64,000 bases of DNA from Verrucomicrobiia bacterium (GTDB lineage: Bacteria > Verrucomicrobiota > Verrucomicrobiia > Palsa-1439). The stretch's first letter is position 1; each line of letters opens with the position of its first letter. Location: NCBI GenBank assembly GCA_035577545.1, contig DATLVI010000024.1, forward strand, positions 133,478 to 197,477. Reading direction: 5' to 3'. The notes beneath the pieces were generated by a model, which saw only the letters and a list, made by a program, of their open reading frames with translations, was not told where the DNA came from and did not search any database. Shown piece after piece: positions 40,893 through 49,707 of the stretch. The position numbers and the translations under genes were made by a program.

Positions 40893-40921
40893 CTCTGATT
40901 TGTCGCGAGTGGTGAGTTGAC
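40893..40921. repeat. direct repeat copy 2 (TGTCgCGAGTGGtGAGtTGACCCGACGAC)
   Basis: see copy 1. Confidence 0.6.
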
Positions 40922-41112
40922 CCGACGACTAACTCGCAAGTTCCGAGAGCGCGGGCTGGCTCTAGCGACTATCTCACCGGCCAGTAAACTTTTACGAGCG
41001 GAACTAGCGCGCGTGTTTCCGGGTCCAGCTGTTCATAGTTCGCTACCAGTAGTTCGGCTAATAAATCCATGTCGACGAGCGTTATCGGATTTGTGGCTCG
41101 CTCGGCCTCGTA

Positions 41113-41340
41113 GTGCGCCTCTTTCGTGAATGGCGAGCCGACAGGGGAAAGGATGTCATCGCATCTCCCGACGGCCTTGGGCTCGAAGAGCCCCGTATAC
41201 GGGTTGAGGTAAAACACCGCATTGGTGAGACGATGGGTGCACCGGAGGTTCGGAGCTTCATTGGTCATTGGGGTCAACTCAATACTCTGTACACATTTCT
41301 CTCATCCGGCACTCCCCAATCCCAAATCTCCAGCCGTTGA
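41113..41340 (+). pseudogene. possible Mrr-type restriction endonuclease catalytic-domain fragment; the overlapping minus ORF 40969..41277 is the alternative reading
   Basis: DVIASPDGLGLEEPRIRVEVKHRIGETMGAPEVRSFIGH resembles the Mrr_cat D...(Q/E)xK...V..F.G core; in-frame stops immediately upstream, so truncated. Confidence 0.25.
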
Positions 41341-41530
41341 CGCTTCACCGTCACCCGGTCTAACCCTACAGCGCGAGCGGATTCTCCACGCCCCCGAAAA
41401 GCGCACGCTGTCCATGCACTACAATTTCTGCCGTATTCATTCCAGCTTGCGAGTCACGCCAGCTATGGAGGCGGGCGTTGCCGATCATGTCTGGACTTTG
41501 GAGGAAATAATTGGTTTGCTTCCATTGTGA
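41222..41530 (+). pseudogene. IS-element DDE transposase C-terminal remnant
   Basis: MHYNFCRIHSSLRVTPAMEAGVADHVWTLEEIIGL is a classic DDE-transposase C-terminus (YNFxRxHxSL...TPAMxAG..D.VW); no N-terminal catalytic region present. Confidence 0.45.
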
Positions 41531-41949
41531 AATGGTTTTGGTACGCCATCGGCGCGGCCCTCTTGTATGGATTGCACCAGATTTTTACCAAGCTGGCATC
41601 AAATCACATCGGTGACGGATTGGGCGGGTTTGTTGTCGAGGCGACGGCCGCCGTTACCATCTTGGCGTACTTGGCATTTCTCTACCTCTCAGGCCGATGG
41701 ACTCAGCAAGCAACAGCGCCGGGTGCAGTCTACTCTGTGCTCACTGGCATCTGTGTTGGCGTAGGAACGGTGTTCTTCTTTTTGCTCTTCCAGAAGGGCG
41801 GCCCACTTTCGGCAGTACCAATGATTCTGGCCGGAGGCGCGGCCATCATGGCAGTCGCCGGCATCTTCTTCTTTCGTGAACCCATATCATTGCCGCGCAT
41901 ATTGGGCATTATCTTGTCCATCATCGCCCTATTCCTGCTTGGGAAATAG
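41527..41949 (+). CDS. small DMT/EamA-like 4-TM transporter
   Basis: 4 TM helices, EamA-like half-transporter pattern. Confidence 0.55.
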   Translation: MKWFWYAIGAALLYGLHQIFTKLASNHIGDGLGGFVVEATAAVTILAYLAFLYLSGRWTQQATAPGAVYSVLTGICVGVGTVFFFLLFQKGGPLSAVPMILAGGAAIMAVAGIFFFREPISLPRILGIILSIIALFLLGK

Positions 41950-41974
41950 ATTCCCAAAACGTACCAGTACCTGC

Positions 41975-42058
41975 GGCCCACACCGCCGTTCGGTCCTTCG
42001 GTTCGCTCCAAAGTTGAGAGTTTAGCGTTGAACGTTGAGCGTTAGCCGAGTCTGACGA
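41975..42058. repeat. ~85-bp repeat copy A (CCGCCGTTCGGTCCTTCGGTTCG.TCCAAA + heptamer array)
   Basis: ~85% identical to copy B at 42663-42745. Confidence 0.6.
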
Positions 42059-42147
42059 GACGCGACCTTGCTGTACCGCGGTCGCAACCGTTTCCCCCGT
42101 AATTGACTCAGTCACACGTTTCCGGTATAATCTGAATCGGGTCGCCT

Positions 42148-42645
42148 ATGCCAAAGCTACACATACTCTCGCCGAGCTCGCTCGCCGCAACAATTGAGCT
42201 GACGGAAAGTCTTATCACGATCGGTCGGACTCCTGATAACTCCATTTGCATCCAGGACACCAACGTCTCCAGGCGACACGGAATTCTGGTGCGTGACGGG
42301 GACAGTTATCAATTGCACGACTTCAAATCCGCCAATGGCACTTTCGTGAATGGCGAGCAGATCATGGCGGCGAAACTCAAGGATGGCGCGTCCATCCGTT
42401 TCGGCTCGGTAGAGCTTCGCTACGAATCGGGTCTCGCCAAGGCTGCGCCGCTCGGAACCGCACTAGCCGATCAGAAAATGCTCCCCACGCCGCCCAAGGG
42501 CGGCAGCGGCAAGGAGCGTGGTGGCATGTCAAAAAGGATGAAACCCGAATACGCCGCCGGGTCGTTGCAATCCGGTCCCGTTACCTTCCCCCCGGGCTCC
42601 CTCGCCAAACCCATATCTCCGCCGTCTCCCAAGAAGTCCGAGTAA
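42148..42645 (+). CDS. FHA-domain protein
   Basis: ITIGRTPDNSICIQDTNVSRRHGIL...SANGTFVNGEQI FHA core; Pro-rich tail. Confidence 0.75.
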   Translation: MPKLHILSPSSLAATIELTESLITIGRTPDNSICIQDTNVSRRHGILVRDGDSYQLHDFKSANGTFVNGEQIMAAKLKDGASIRFGSVELRYESGLAKAAPLGTALADQKMLPTPPKGGSGKERGGMSKRMKPEYAAGSLQSGPVTFPPGSLAKPISPPSPKKSE

Positions 42646-42662
42646 ACCAGCCTCCTGGGTGG

Positions 42663-42745
42663 CGCGGTCCACCCCGCCGTTCGGTCCTTCGGTTCGTTCC
42701 AAAACTTGAACGTTGTGCGTTGAGCGTTTAACGTTGAGCGTTCAG
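42663..42745. repeat. ~85-bp repeat copy B with 5 heptamer units
   Basis: see copy A. Confidence 0.6.
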
Positions 42746-42885
42746 GCGTTCTTTCCCCCGCCGACATTGCTCCCATCGGTCCTATTCCGCGTCTTTTTCT
42801 CTCCCCCAAAACCGTCCAAATCCCTGTTTTCACCCTTTTTTCGAAAAAAACACCCTCAAAAACCCCAATGAATACGCGCCTTTGG

Positions 42886-42920
42886 AAGAAAAGCTTCCAA
42901 AGCTTCCAAACCTTCCAAAG
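42886..42920. repeat. tandem 9-mer (G/C)CTTCCAAA x3.5
   Basis: GCTTCCAAAGCTTCCAAACCTTCCAAAGCTC. Confidence 0.6.
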
Positions 42921-43010
42921 CTCACTCACGCCTTTTTTCGATTTCCGATAGTCTGCCCCGCGTTGATGAAAAACGCAGTCACACAACGCAGCGAAACGAG
43001 GAGATCGAAT

Positions 43011-43817
43011 ATGAATTGGTTGTCGAAGATCGCGCTTCTGCTCGGACGCCGAAAGTTCGAGGAATTTGCCCAGGCCAACCCCACGCTCCCGGACGACGCC
43101 CTCGCCGTCGCCAATACGCTCGATACCTATCCCGTCCGCGGCGCGGTCGCGCTCGTCGCCGGCTCGCTCGCCCACGCGCTCGACAACCTGCTGCGCGGCA
43201 CCGAGACGGTCAACGCCGCCGCGACGCATGTCCTGCTGATTCTCGCGGGCCTCTGCATCATCTGGGTCCGCCACGCCATCAGCAAACACGACGTCCGTGT
43301 CAACGCCGTCCTCCAGAAAGCCCGCGATCTCTCCGGGATCGCCGTCAAAACACTCGTGCTGATCTTCGCACCCTTCGTGTTCTTCGTGGTGAAATCCCCG
43401 GCTGCCTCCGCCCAAACCAACGCCCCCGCCGACAATGCCTTCACCCAGCTCGTCACCGATATCGGCAGGTCCACGAAATTCAGCAGCGGCATCGGCATCA
43501 ATCTCCACGGGAAATTCGCGCCGCTACTCTCGCAGGAACTCCCTCTCTTCGGCCACTCGGGCACCAACTCCTCCTGGTCCACGGGACCGTCGCACGCCAC
43601 GTTCTTCCTTCCAACCCAAAACCAGGAGGAACTGGGCTGGTCACTGAGCGGCAGTTGGCAGTCACCGCCGCGACTCTTGCGCCTCGCGCTCTTCAACGCC
43701 AGCGACATCGACTGGACCGTCAACTGGGGTCTGCCCGTCGAGGACTACTACCAACTCTTCCGTCACGCCGACTGGAAGGAAAACCGCCTCGGCCTCTCCG
43801 TCACGCGCAAGTTCTGA
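43011..43817 (+). CDS. hypothetical membrane protein
   Basis: 2-3 TM helices; no motif; the track ORF starts at 42882. Confidence 0.35.
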   Translation: MNWLSKIALLLGRRKFEEFAQANPTLPDDALAVANTLDTYPVRGAVALVAGSLAHALDNLLRGTETVNAAATHVLLILAGLCIIWVRHAISKHDVRVNAVLQKARDLSGIAVKTLVLIFAPFVFFVVKSPAASAQTNAPADNAFTQLVTDIGRSTKFSSGIGINLHGKFAPLLSQELPLFGHSGTNSSWSTGPSHATFFLPTQNQEELGWSLSGSWQSPPRLLRLALFNASDIDWTVNWGLPVEDYYQLFRHADWKENRLGLSVTRKF

Positions 43818-43835
43818 GCCGGGAGCCCACCAGGA

Positions 43836-44201
43836 ATGAACGAAATACACGAAATCAATTGGGGCGCGGTCCTGGCCTTCATCGCGATCCTCGAATTTAT
43901 GCGGAGCGTCGTCATCTACATGTTCATCAGCCCGCTCCGTGGCGCGGGCAAGAAAATCGACCACCTGGAGGACCAGCTCAACGGCCTCAATTTCACCAAT
44001 CTGCAAAAGGGCGTCGAGGACCACGAGAAACGGATGCGCGCACTCGAAAGCGACGCGATGCCCATTGACGATTTCCAGCGCTACACCGACGTCGCCGAGC
44101 GCGACCGCCGCCTGATGAACAAGAAACTCGACATCCTTTTGCAACGCACCGCACACCTCCGTGAACCTGAAGATGAAAGGGAACTAGCCGATGAAAGCTG
44201 A
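43836..44201 (+). CDS. hypothetical protein (N-terminal TM plus coiled coil)
   Basis: ORF with one TM; position upstream of the terminase genes. Confidence 0.3.
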   Translation: MNEIHEINWGAVLAFIAILEFMRSVVIYMFISPLRGAGKKIDHLEDQLNGLNFTNLQKGVEDHEKRMRALESDAMPIDDFQRYTDVAERDRRLMNKKLDILLQRTAHLREPEDERELADES

Positions 44202-44463
44202 ACAACTCCGCGACCTCCGCGTCGCGCTGCTCCGTGAACTCTACCGTCTGAACCCGCTCGGCCGCCGCGCCGTCGTGCTCCACATGCTGGTCCAACCAGA
44301 AGTCGAGTGCACCGTCGCCGAGGTCACCGCGCAACTCGCGTTCCTCCGCGGCAAACATTTCCTCTGCGAGGTCAAAGCCGACGACATCTCCCCCGGCCTC
44401 GACCCATTCTGGTTCATCACCACCGAAGGCATGGTTCACTGCGAGGCGAAGCGACTGGTATGA
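44191..44463 (+). CDS. hypothetical protein
   Basis: ORF; ATGA overlap with the next gene. Confidence 0.3.
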   Translation: MKAEQLRDLRVALLRELYRLNPLGRRAVVLHMLVQPEVECTVAEVTAQLAFLRGKHFLCEVKADDISPGLDPFWFITTEGMVHCEAKRLV

Positions 44464-45143
44464 AAAAGCGCCGCAATCAGAGAGTCAGTCGTTGGCCGCT
44501 CCGGAAAAGATTCAGCCGGATTGCGATGTTGCCCGAAGAAATGCGCCTCGAGATCAACCGCAAGATGCGCGATGGCCAGCAAATCAAGATGATTGGTGAA
44601 TGGTTGTTCGAGCAGCGGGCGGATCGCGACCTACCCCACCTACATTTGAAGGCGGGCGATGCTTATTCGTTGAGCTGGCTGCGCACCAGTCCGAAGGAAA
44701 AGAACGCGCGCCGGACTGTCGAAGCCGGCCTGGCCCGCTGGTTCTACACTTCGTACCAGGAATGGCTACGCCGTGAACAGGCGCGCGAGGAGACGGTTCA
44801 ACGGGTCGAAGACTCGGAACAGACCAACAGAGCGGCGGCGGAAAAGAGCCAACCCGATGCTGACGTGGGCGGCAACCTGATTATCCGCTCGATGCTTCTA
44901 GAGGCCATCAACCTGGTCCACAAGGACAGCAAAGATCCGACGGAGCTCTCGCAACTGGCGACTGCGTGGGCGCGCTTGAAACAGACGGCGATTGAACTGG
45001 AAAAGCTCCGGCTGCGCACGCAAGAGGCTGTGGACGCCGGTCTCAAGGCGCTCAAGTCCGAGATAACGAAAGACCCCGAGGCGATCGAACTTTTCAAGAA
45101 ACTTCACGACATCGTGAAACGGTCCGCGAACTCCGACGCATGA
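44460..45143 (+). CDS. putative phage terminase small subunit / DNA-recognition protein
   Basis: position immediately upstream of, and 4-nt overlap with, the large terminase; basic N-terminus; no motif confirmed. Confidence 0.35.
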   Translation: MKKRRNQRVSRWPLRKRFSRIAMLPEEMRLEINRKMRDGQQIKMIGEWLFEQRADRDLPHLHLKAGDAYSLSWLRTSPKEKNARRTVEAGLARWFYTSYQEWLRREQAREETVQRVEDSEQTNRAAAEKSQPDADVGGNLIIRSMLLEAINLVHKDSKDPTELSQLATAWARLKQTAIELEKLRLRTQEAVDAGLKALKSEITKDPEAIELFKKLHDIVKRSANSDA

Positions 45144-47197
45144 ATACGGGCTTCAACATACTCGGACGCTCCATCGACCTCGACCTGGCACCGAAAGTTA
45201 TGACGCCCATGGTGAGTTCCTTCCGCGAGTTCCTCGAGAAACACGGTCGCGTCAAAACTCCTGACGGCAGCTACCAGTGTTACACATTCGAGGGCCGCGA
45301 GGCGTTGGAGTTTGTGGTGGGGGTTATTGATCGCGTTCTCGGTTCAAACGATGGCCAACCCATGAGCGACGCCCGGCTTACTGCCACCGGTTCAGCGCAG
45401 TGGGGGAAAACCATTCTCGAACTCAACCTGCTCGCCTACGCCGCCGGTATCCAGTTCCGCTCCGTCGGCCTCTTCCTGCCCGATGAAGATCTCGTTGAGG
45501 GCATCGTCGATAGCAAATTCCGTCCCGATGTCCTCGACCAGCAGCCGTGGCTCAATTCCCTGATCACGCTCGGCAAAGCCGAAAACGCGTCGGGCAAAAC
45601 GGTCAATCGCAAGGGCTTGTTCACCTGCACCGGTAGCCGGAAAAAGTCGCACGGGATGATCCACGGCATGCAGAAGATCCCCACGACCTTCAGCTTCGAC
45701 ATCGTCATCGAGGACGAGAAGGACGACATCCCGCCGACCATGTCGCGCTACCTCACCGCCCGCATGACCGCCAGCGATCTGCGCTTCCGTTTGAGCATCG
45801 GCACCCAACGCTACGCCGGCGCGGGACAGAACAAGGAATTCGAAGACGGCACGATGCACCTCGGCCATTTCACCTGCGCCGTGTGTGGTCACAAACAAAA
45901 CCCCGAAGAAAACTGGCCGCAAATTTGCCGGTTGGCGATTGATCGCGAGCCGAGGTGCGATGATCCGCAATTGCAGTTGGAGGGGAATTTCAAGCGGAAC
46001 GGCCCGCGCTCACCGAGCGCGGCTACAGCGGAAGGCGTGTTTGAGTTCGAGCCGGACGGGAATTTTTATCTCGCGTGCGTGCAGTGCGGGCACGAACTGG
46101 ATCGGCATAAGCCGGAGTTTGTCGCGCAGCATCCCGAACGGGAGAAGTTGCAGCACTGGTCCGTGCGCATCTCGCAATTGCTCGTTGCTGCCATCGCCTT
46201 GAAACAAATCGTCTCTGATTGGTGCCAGAACGCCGTGCAAGACCCCGACGCGATGAAGACGTTTTATGTCGACCGCCTCGGCCTGCCGCGTTCCAGCAGC
46301 CAGCAACTCGACCAGAAAATCCTCGACCGCGCCCGCTCGCTGGAGCACTTCGACCTGTCACTGTCCCCACGCCCCAACACCACGCGTTTCGCAGGTTTAG
46401 ACACCGGCGACCGCTGCTGGCTCACTGTCCGCGAGGTCGAGTCCCCAACCATCAAACGCATCACCTGGCTGGAACAACTCAGCGCCGAACGCGTTCGCGC
46501 CCGTGTGCCGCAGGTTTTCGAGCTGCTGGGAGTCAGCGCACTCTTTGTCGACGCCGGCCCGCTGCGCGATCTGGCCCGCGATCTCTGTTTCTTGTTGAAC
46601 GGTCTCACGAGTTTCCGTCCGTCGCCGCTTCCCGATCCCGAACGTGCCGTCATCCATTTTCCCGGTGGCCTCACGTGGGACGGCGCGAACCAGCGCTGGC
46701 GCGGCCTGCGTTGCGCCGCCGTCGAGTTCACGCTCAAGGAAGGGAAGGGGGTCGTCCACAAACTCGGCATCACGCAGGACGGCCTCTTTTATCCCGTCAT
46801 CGCCTGCAACCGCGACGAGACCATCGAGCGCGTTGTCAACGAACTGCTTACCGCCGCCGAAAACGTCATCGAGGTCATCGACGGCAAACTGCGCACCGCG
46901 CCGTCGATCCGCCTCCCGCAACGCGGCGTCGCGACGCCGAAGATCATCGACGCGTTCGACGCGCATATCATTTCCGGCAGCCGCCGCGAACGCGACGAAC
47001 GCGGCCACGCCGAGCACTTCGTCGACGGTTGCGAAAACCATTTGCTACTCAGCGACGCCTACAGCGCGCTCGCGGAATCCGTGTGTGCTCACCCCATCGC
47101 GCTCCCTCCTTTCGGCGCGATGAATCCCACCACCTCCCTCACACACGGAAACCGCGGCCGCTGGGGCGCCACCACTTTGGCCAGGAGGACCTTTTGA
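45140..47197 (+). CDS. phage terminase large subunit (GpA-like)
   Basis: 685 aa; CxxC...CxxC zinc-ribbon (CAVCGH, CVQCGH) between the ATPase and nuclease halves, as recalled for GpA-family terminases; position before the portal. Confidence 0.65.
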   Translation: MNTGFNILGRSIDLDLAPKVMTPMVSSFREFLEKHGRVKTPDGSYQCYTFEGREALEFVVGVIDRVLGSNDGQPMSDARLTATGSAQWGKTILELNLLAYAAGIQFRSVGLFLPDEDLVEGIVDSKFRPDVLDQQPWLNSLITLGKAENASGKTVNRKGLFTCTGSRKKSHGMIHGMQKIPTTFSFDIVIEDEKDDIPPTMSRYLTARMTASDLRFRLSIGTQRYAGAGQNKEFEDGTMHLGHFTCAVCGHKQNPEENWPQICRLAIDREPRCDDPQLQLEGNFKRNGPRSPSAATAEGVFEFEPDGNFYLACVQCGHELDRHKPEFVAQHPEREKLQHWSVRISQLLVAAIALKQIVSDWCQNAVQDPDAMKTFYVDRLGLPRSSSQQLDQKILDRARSLEHFDLSLSPRPNTTRFAGLDTGDRCWLTVREVESPTIKRITWLEQLSAERVRARVPQVFELLGVSALFVDAGPLRDLARDLCFLLNGLTSFRPSPLPDPERAVIHFPGGLTWDGANQRWRGLRCAAVEFTLKEGKGVVHKLGITQDGLFYPVIACNRDETIERVVNELLTAAENVIEVIDGKLRTAPSIRLPQRGVATPKIIDAFDAHIISGSRRERDERGHAEHFVDGCENHLLLSDAYSALAESVCAHPIALPPFGAMNPTTSLTHGNRGRWGATTLARRTF

Positions 47198-47206
47198 ACA
47201 AAGACA

Positions 47207-47244
47207 ACGCTCAACGTTCAACACTGAACGCTCAACTTTCAACG
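47207..47244. repeat. tandem heptamer array TGARCGT x5 (inverted orientation)
   Basis: AACGCTCAACGTTCAACACTGAACGCTCAACTTTCAACG. Confidence 0.6.
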
Positions 47245-47307
47245 AATCGCGAAAAAACCAACAGCGCGACGGTCATAGACCGCCGCTACAAAAAACGGAG
47301 AAATAAA

Positions 47308-47703
47308 ATGAAGAAACACCTATGCGCGATCCTGCTCACTGCAACCGTCCTGGCGACGTACGTCTACGCGCAAGGCGGCTACCCGCTCGGCTCGGACGTC
47401 GCATCAACGATCACCACGAATAAATTGAATATCGTCGGCGCCAGTTCGACGCTGGTGGCGACCGACAACGCCGACCGTGTGTTTTGCAAGATCGTCCAGC
47501 GCGGCACCAACGCCATCGACGTCGGTTACAGCCTCACCGTGACCAATGGCCAGCAGGATTACCTCGTCGGCACGGTCGGCAGCACGTGGGACACGAAACG
47601 CCCCGCGCTCTACAAGGGAGCCATCTCCGCGATTCTCGATAGCTCGACGGCGACCCTCACCTCCGCCGTCACCGTCATCGAAGGCACGCGCCAAAGTTTC
47701 TAA
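47308..47703 (+). CDS. small secreted protein (signal peptide), possible moron
   Basis: MKKHLCAILLTATVLATYVYA signal peptide; inserted between the terminase and portal genes. Confidence 0.4.
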   Translation: MKKHLCAILLTATVLATYVYAQGGYPLGSDVASTITTNKLNIVGASSTLVATDNADRVFCKIVQRGTNAIDVGYSLTVTNGQQDYLVGTVGSTWDTKRPALYKGAISAILDSSTATLTSAVTVIEGTRQSF

Positions 47704-47730
47704 CTGGTTGGAGCGCTTACGAGAAACCAA

Positions 47731-49257
47731 ATGGCCAATCGCCTCACAAAAACATGGCAGGCGCTGAAGGGCGCGGGTGCGGAAATGTTCCAATTCGGCG
47801 AGAGCAATCTCGTCGACCCGCCTTCGCCTTTGGCTTCGGCGGGCAAGTCCACCACCGGAGATAGTACGCCCGTTCCTCCGGCGCCCGGCACCATCGTCAA
47901 AGCGCAGGTGGCAGAGCGCTGGATGAATCAGGTCACCCGCGGCCTCACGCCCGAAGCGGTGGACGACTATCTCACCACGGCGATCAGCGGCGACACGCTC
48001 AATCAGTTCGCGCTCTTCGAGGAGATGGAAGAGAAATGGCCCGAGCTGCGTCTAGCGCTCTACAAACACAAGCTCAAGGCCGCCCGCCGCAATCCGCGCA
48101 TCGTCCCGCCCGACCATCCGCAGAATCCCGCGCTGGCAAAAGAGAAAGCCGATTTCGCGAACTACGTCTTCGCCGCGATGCGCAACTGGCATCGCACGGC
48201 CTTCAATCTCCTCGACGCGGTCGGCAAAGGCGTCAGCGGCGCGGAGATCGATTGGCAAATGGGGGAGATAGCGGGTCGCCGCGCCGCCGTCGTCATCGCC
48301 GAAATGCCATGGGTGAATTATCGCCACTGGAGTTGGTGGTGGGACAAGCCCGAGTTGCAGTTGTTCCCCGATCTGCGCAACCGTGCCCTGCACATCGACG
48401 TGCCCGACCGCAAATTCGTCATCTTCCACCATCTCTCGAAAAGCGGCCATCCTGCGCGCGCCGCGATGTTGCGTCCGCTCGCCTGGTATTTCCTCATCTA
48501 CCTCTACACGATGAAGGACTGGAGCACGCTCGCGGAGACCTTCGGCGTCGATATCGCCCACGCGTTTTGCAACAAGGACGCCACGCAGGAACAGCGTAAT
48601 GCGATCCTCCTGCATCTCTCCCGCCTCGCCGCCCGCGCCGGCGTGTTCGATGAGGGGACGGTCGTCAATCTCCAGCGCGCCGCCAGCAGTAGTTCGTTCC
48701 CGCAGGAAGCGCTCGTGAAATACTGCTCTGAGAAAGCGCTTGAATGCCTTCTCGGCGCGACACTCGGCACGCAAGCCGGCACCCACGGCGCGCGTTCGTT
48801 GGGATTAGTCCAACAAGATGAAACAGAAGAGTTGGTGGATTGGACGTCTCTCCTCTTCGCGGGAACGATGACCGCCACCGCGTTGCGTTGGTTGATGGAC
48901 TTCAACTTCGCCGACCCCACCGACAATCCCGTGATGGAATTACCCGGTGCGAGCCGCCGCGACATCGCCGCCCTCGCCAATGTCGTCAACACCCTGGTCA
49001 ACCTCGGCCTGCGCGTCCCCGAATCCTGGGCCCACGCCCAGTTCGACATTCCACAGCCCGGCGAAACCACCGAGCGCCTGCTGACCCCGAGTCAAAATAA
49101 CGGTCCGGACGCGCCGGAAAATCCGTTCAATGGTTCTGCGCACACCAGCCTCGACGTCAAACACTCGGGTCTACGAGCGAAAGTGGGGTTCGCAGGTAAT
49201 GCCCAAGCCACAACCACAGCACCACCATCCACGTCAACAGGATGGTCTGAACGATGA
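47731..49257 (+). CDS. phage portal protein
   Basis: 508 aa; position after the large terminase; acidic/aromatic-rich core; no motif confirmed. Confidence 0.55.
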   Translation: MANRLTKTWQALKGAGAEMFQFGESNLVDPPSPLASAGKSTTGDSTPVPPAPGTIVKAQVAERWMNQVTRGLTPEAVDDYLTTAISGDTLNQFALFEEMEEKWPELRLALYKHKLKAARRNPRIVPPDHPQNPALAKEKADFANYVFAAMRNWHRTAFNLLDAVGKGVSGAEIDWQMGEIAGRRAAVVIAEMPWVNYRHWSWWWDKPELQLFPDLRNRALHIDVPDRKFVIFHHLSKSGHPARAAMLRPLAWYFLIYLYTMKDWSTLAETFGVDIAHAFCNKDATQEQRNAILLHLSRLAARAGVFDEGTVVNLQRAASSSSFPQEALVKYCSEKALECLLGATLGTQAGTHGARSLGLVQQDETEELVDWTSLLFAGTMTATALRWLMDFNFADPTDNPVMELPGASRRDIAALANVVNTLVNLGLRVPESWAHAQFDIPQPGETTERLLTPSQNNGPDAPENPFNGSAHTSLDVKHSGLRAKVGFAGNAQATTTAPPSTSTGWSER

Positions 49258-49615
49258 GAAGCAACGGGGTAATGGAGATGAGAACGAGGGCCCAAAGTCC
49301 GGTCCAAGTCATGGAAGGATCATGCCTGTGGTGGACAAATAGACGCCATTGCATTGCGCCATTGAACAGCATCGTACCGAGGACGACCATTAACCCAACG
49401 CCGCTCGCACGGCGAACAATCGTCCGCCAGCTGGCGATTTTCGCATTGTATTGCGTCGCATCCGTAGTGGTCCACGAACCCGAATTGATTGCGCGTTGTC
49501 TGGCATTGAGGACACCCCAGTACCTATGGGCATATACCTTATTGAGCCACATCGATAAGAGCACAGTCGCAATTGCGACGAGCGTGCTAATGGTCGCAGA
49601 CAGCTCCCGCGTCAT
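49157..49615 (-). CDS. hypothetical 3-4 TM membrane protein on the opposite strand, overlapping the portal 3' end
   Basis: strong TM periodicity (LWALVLISITPLLLIVQTILLTWMVVLWLWL); may start at an internal Met. Confidence 0.25.
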   Translation of the reverse strand: MTRELSATISTLVAIATVLLSMWLNKVYAHRYWGVLNARQRAINSGSWTTTDATQYNAKIASWRTIVRRASGVGLMVVLGTMLFNGAMQWRLFVHHRHDPSMTWTGLWALVLISITPLLLIVQTILLTWMVVLWLWLGHYLRTPLSLVDPSV

Positions 49616-49707
49616 GACGCCTGATTATCGCTCTGAATTCCGCGTCCCTCAAGTCCAAACCAGCCTGGCCACTACAGCCGTCCCAACCATGTTCTTAGGA
49701 GACCAAC

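Noticed and set aside
42471-43508. 345-aa minus-strand ORF spanning the FHA-gene 3' end, repeat B and the 43011 gene
   Set aside because: Runs through intergenic repeats (encodes the ERSTLNAQRTTFKF repeat peptide); composition artefact
46219-47307. N-terminal 360 aa of the 494-aa ORF 46219..47703
   Set aside because: Out-of-frame overlap with the large terminase; Arg/Pro-rich; the real gene starts at ATG 47308 after heptamer array C
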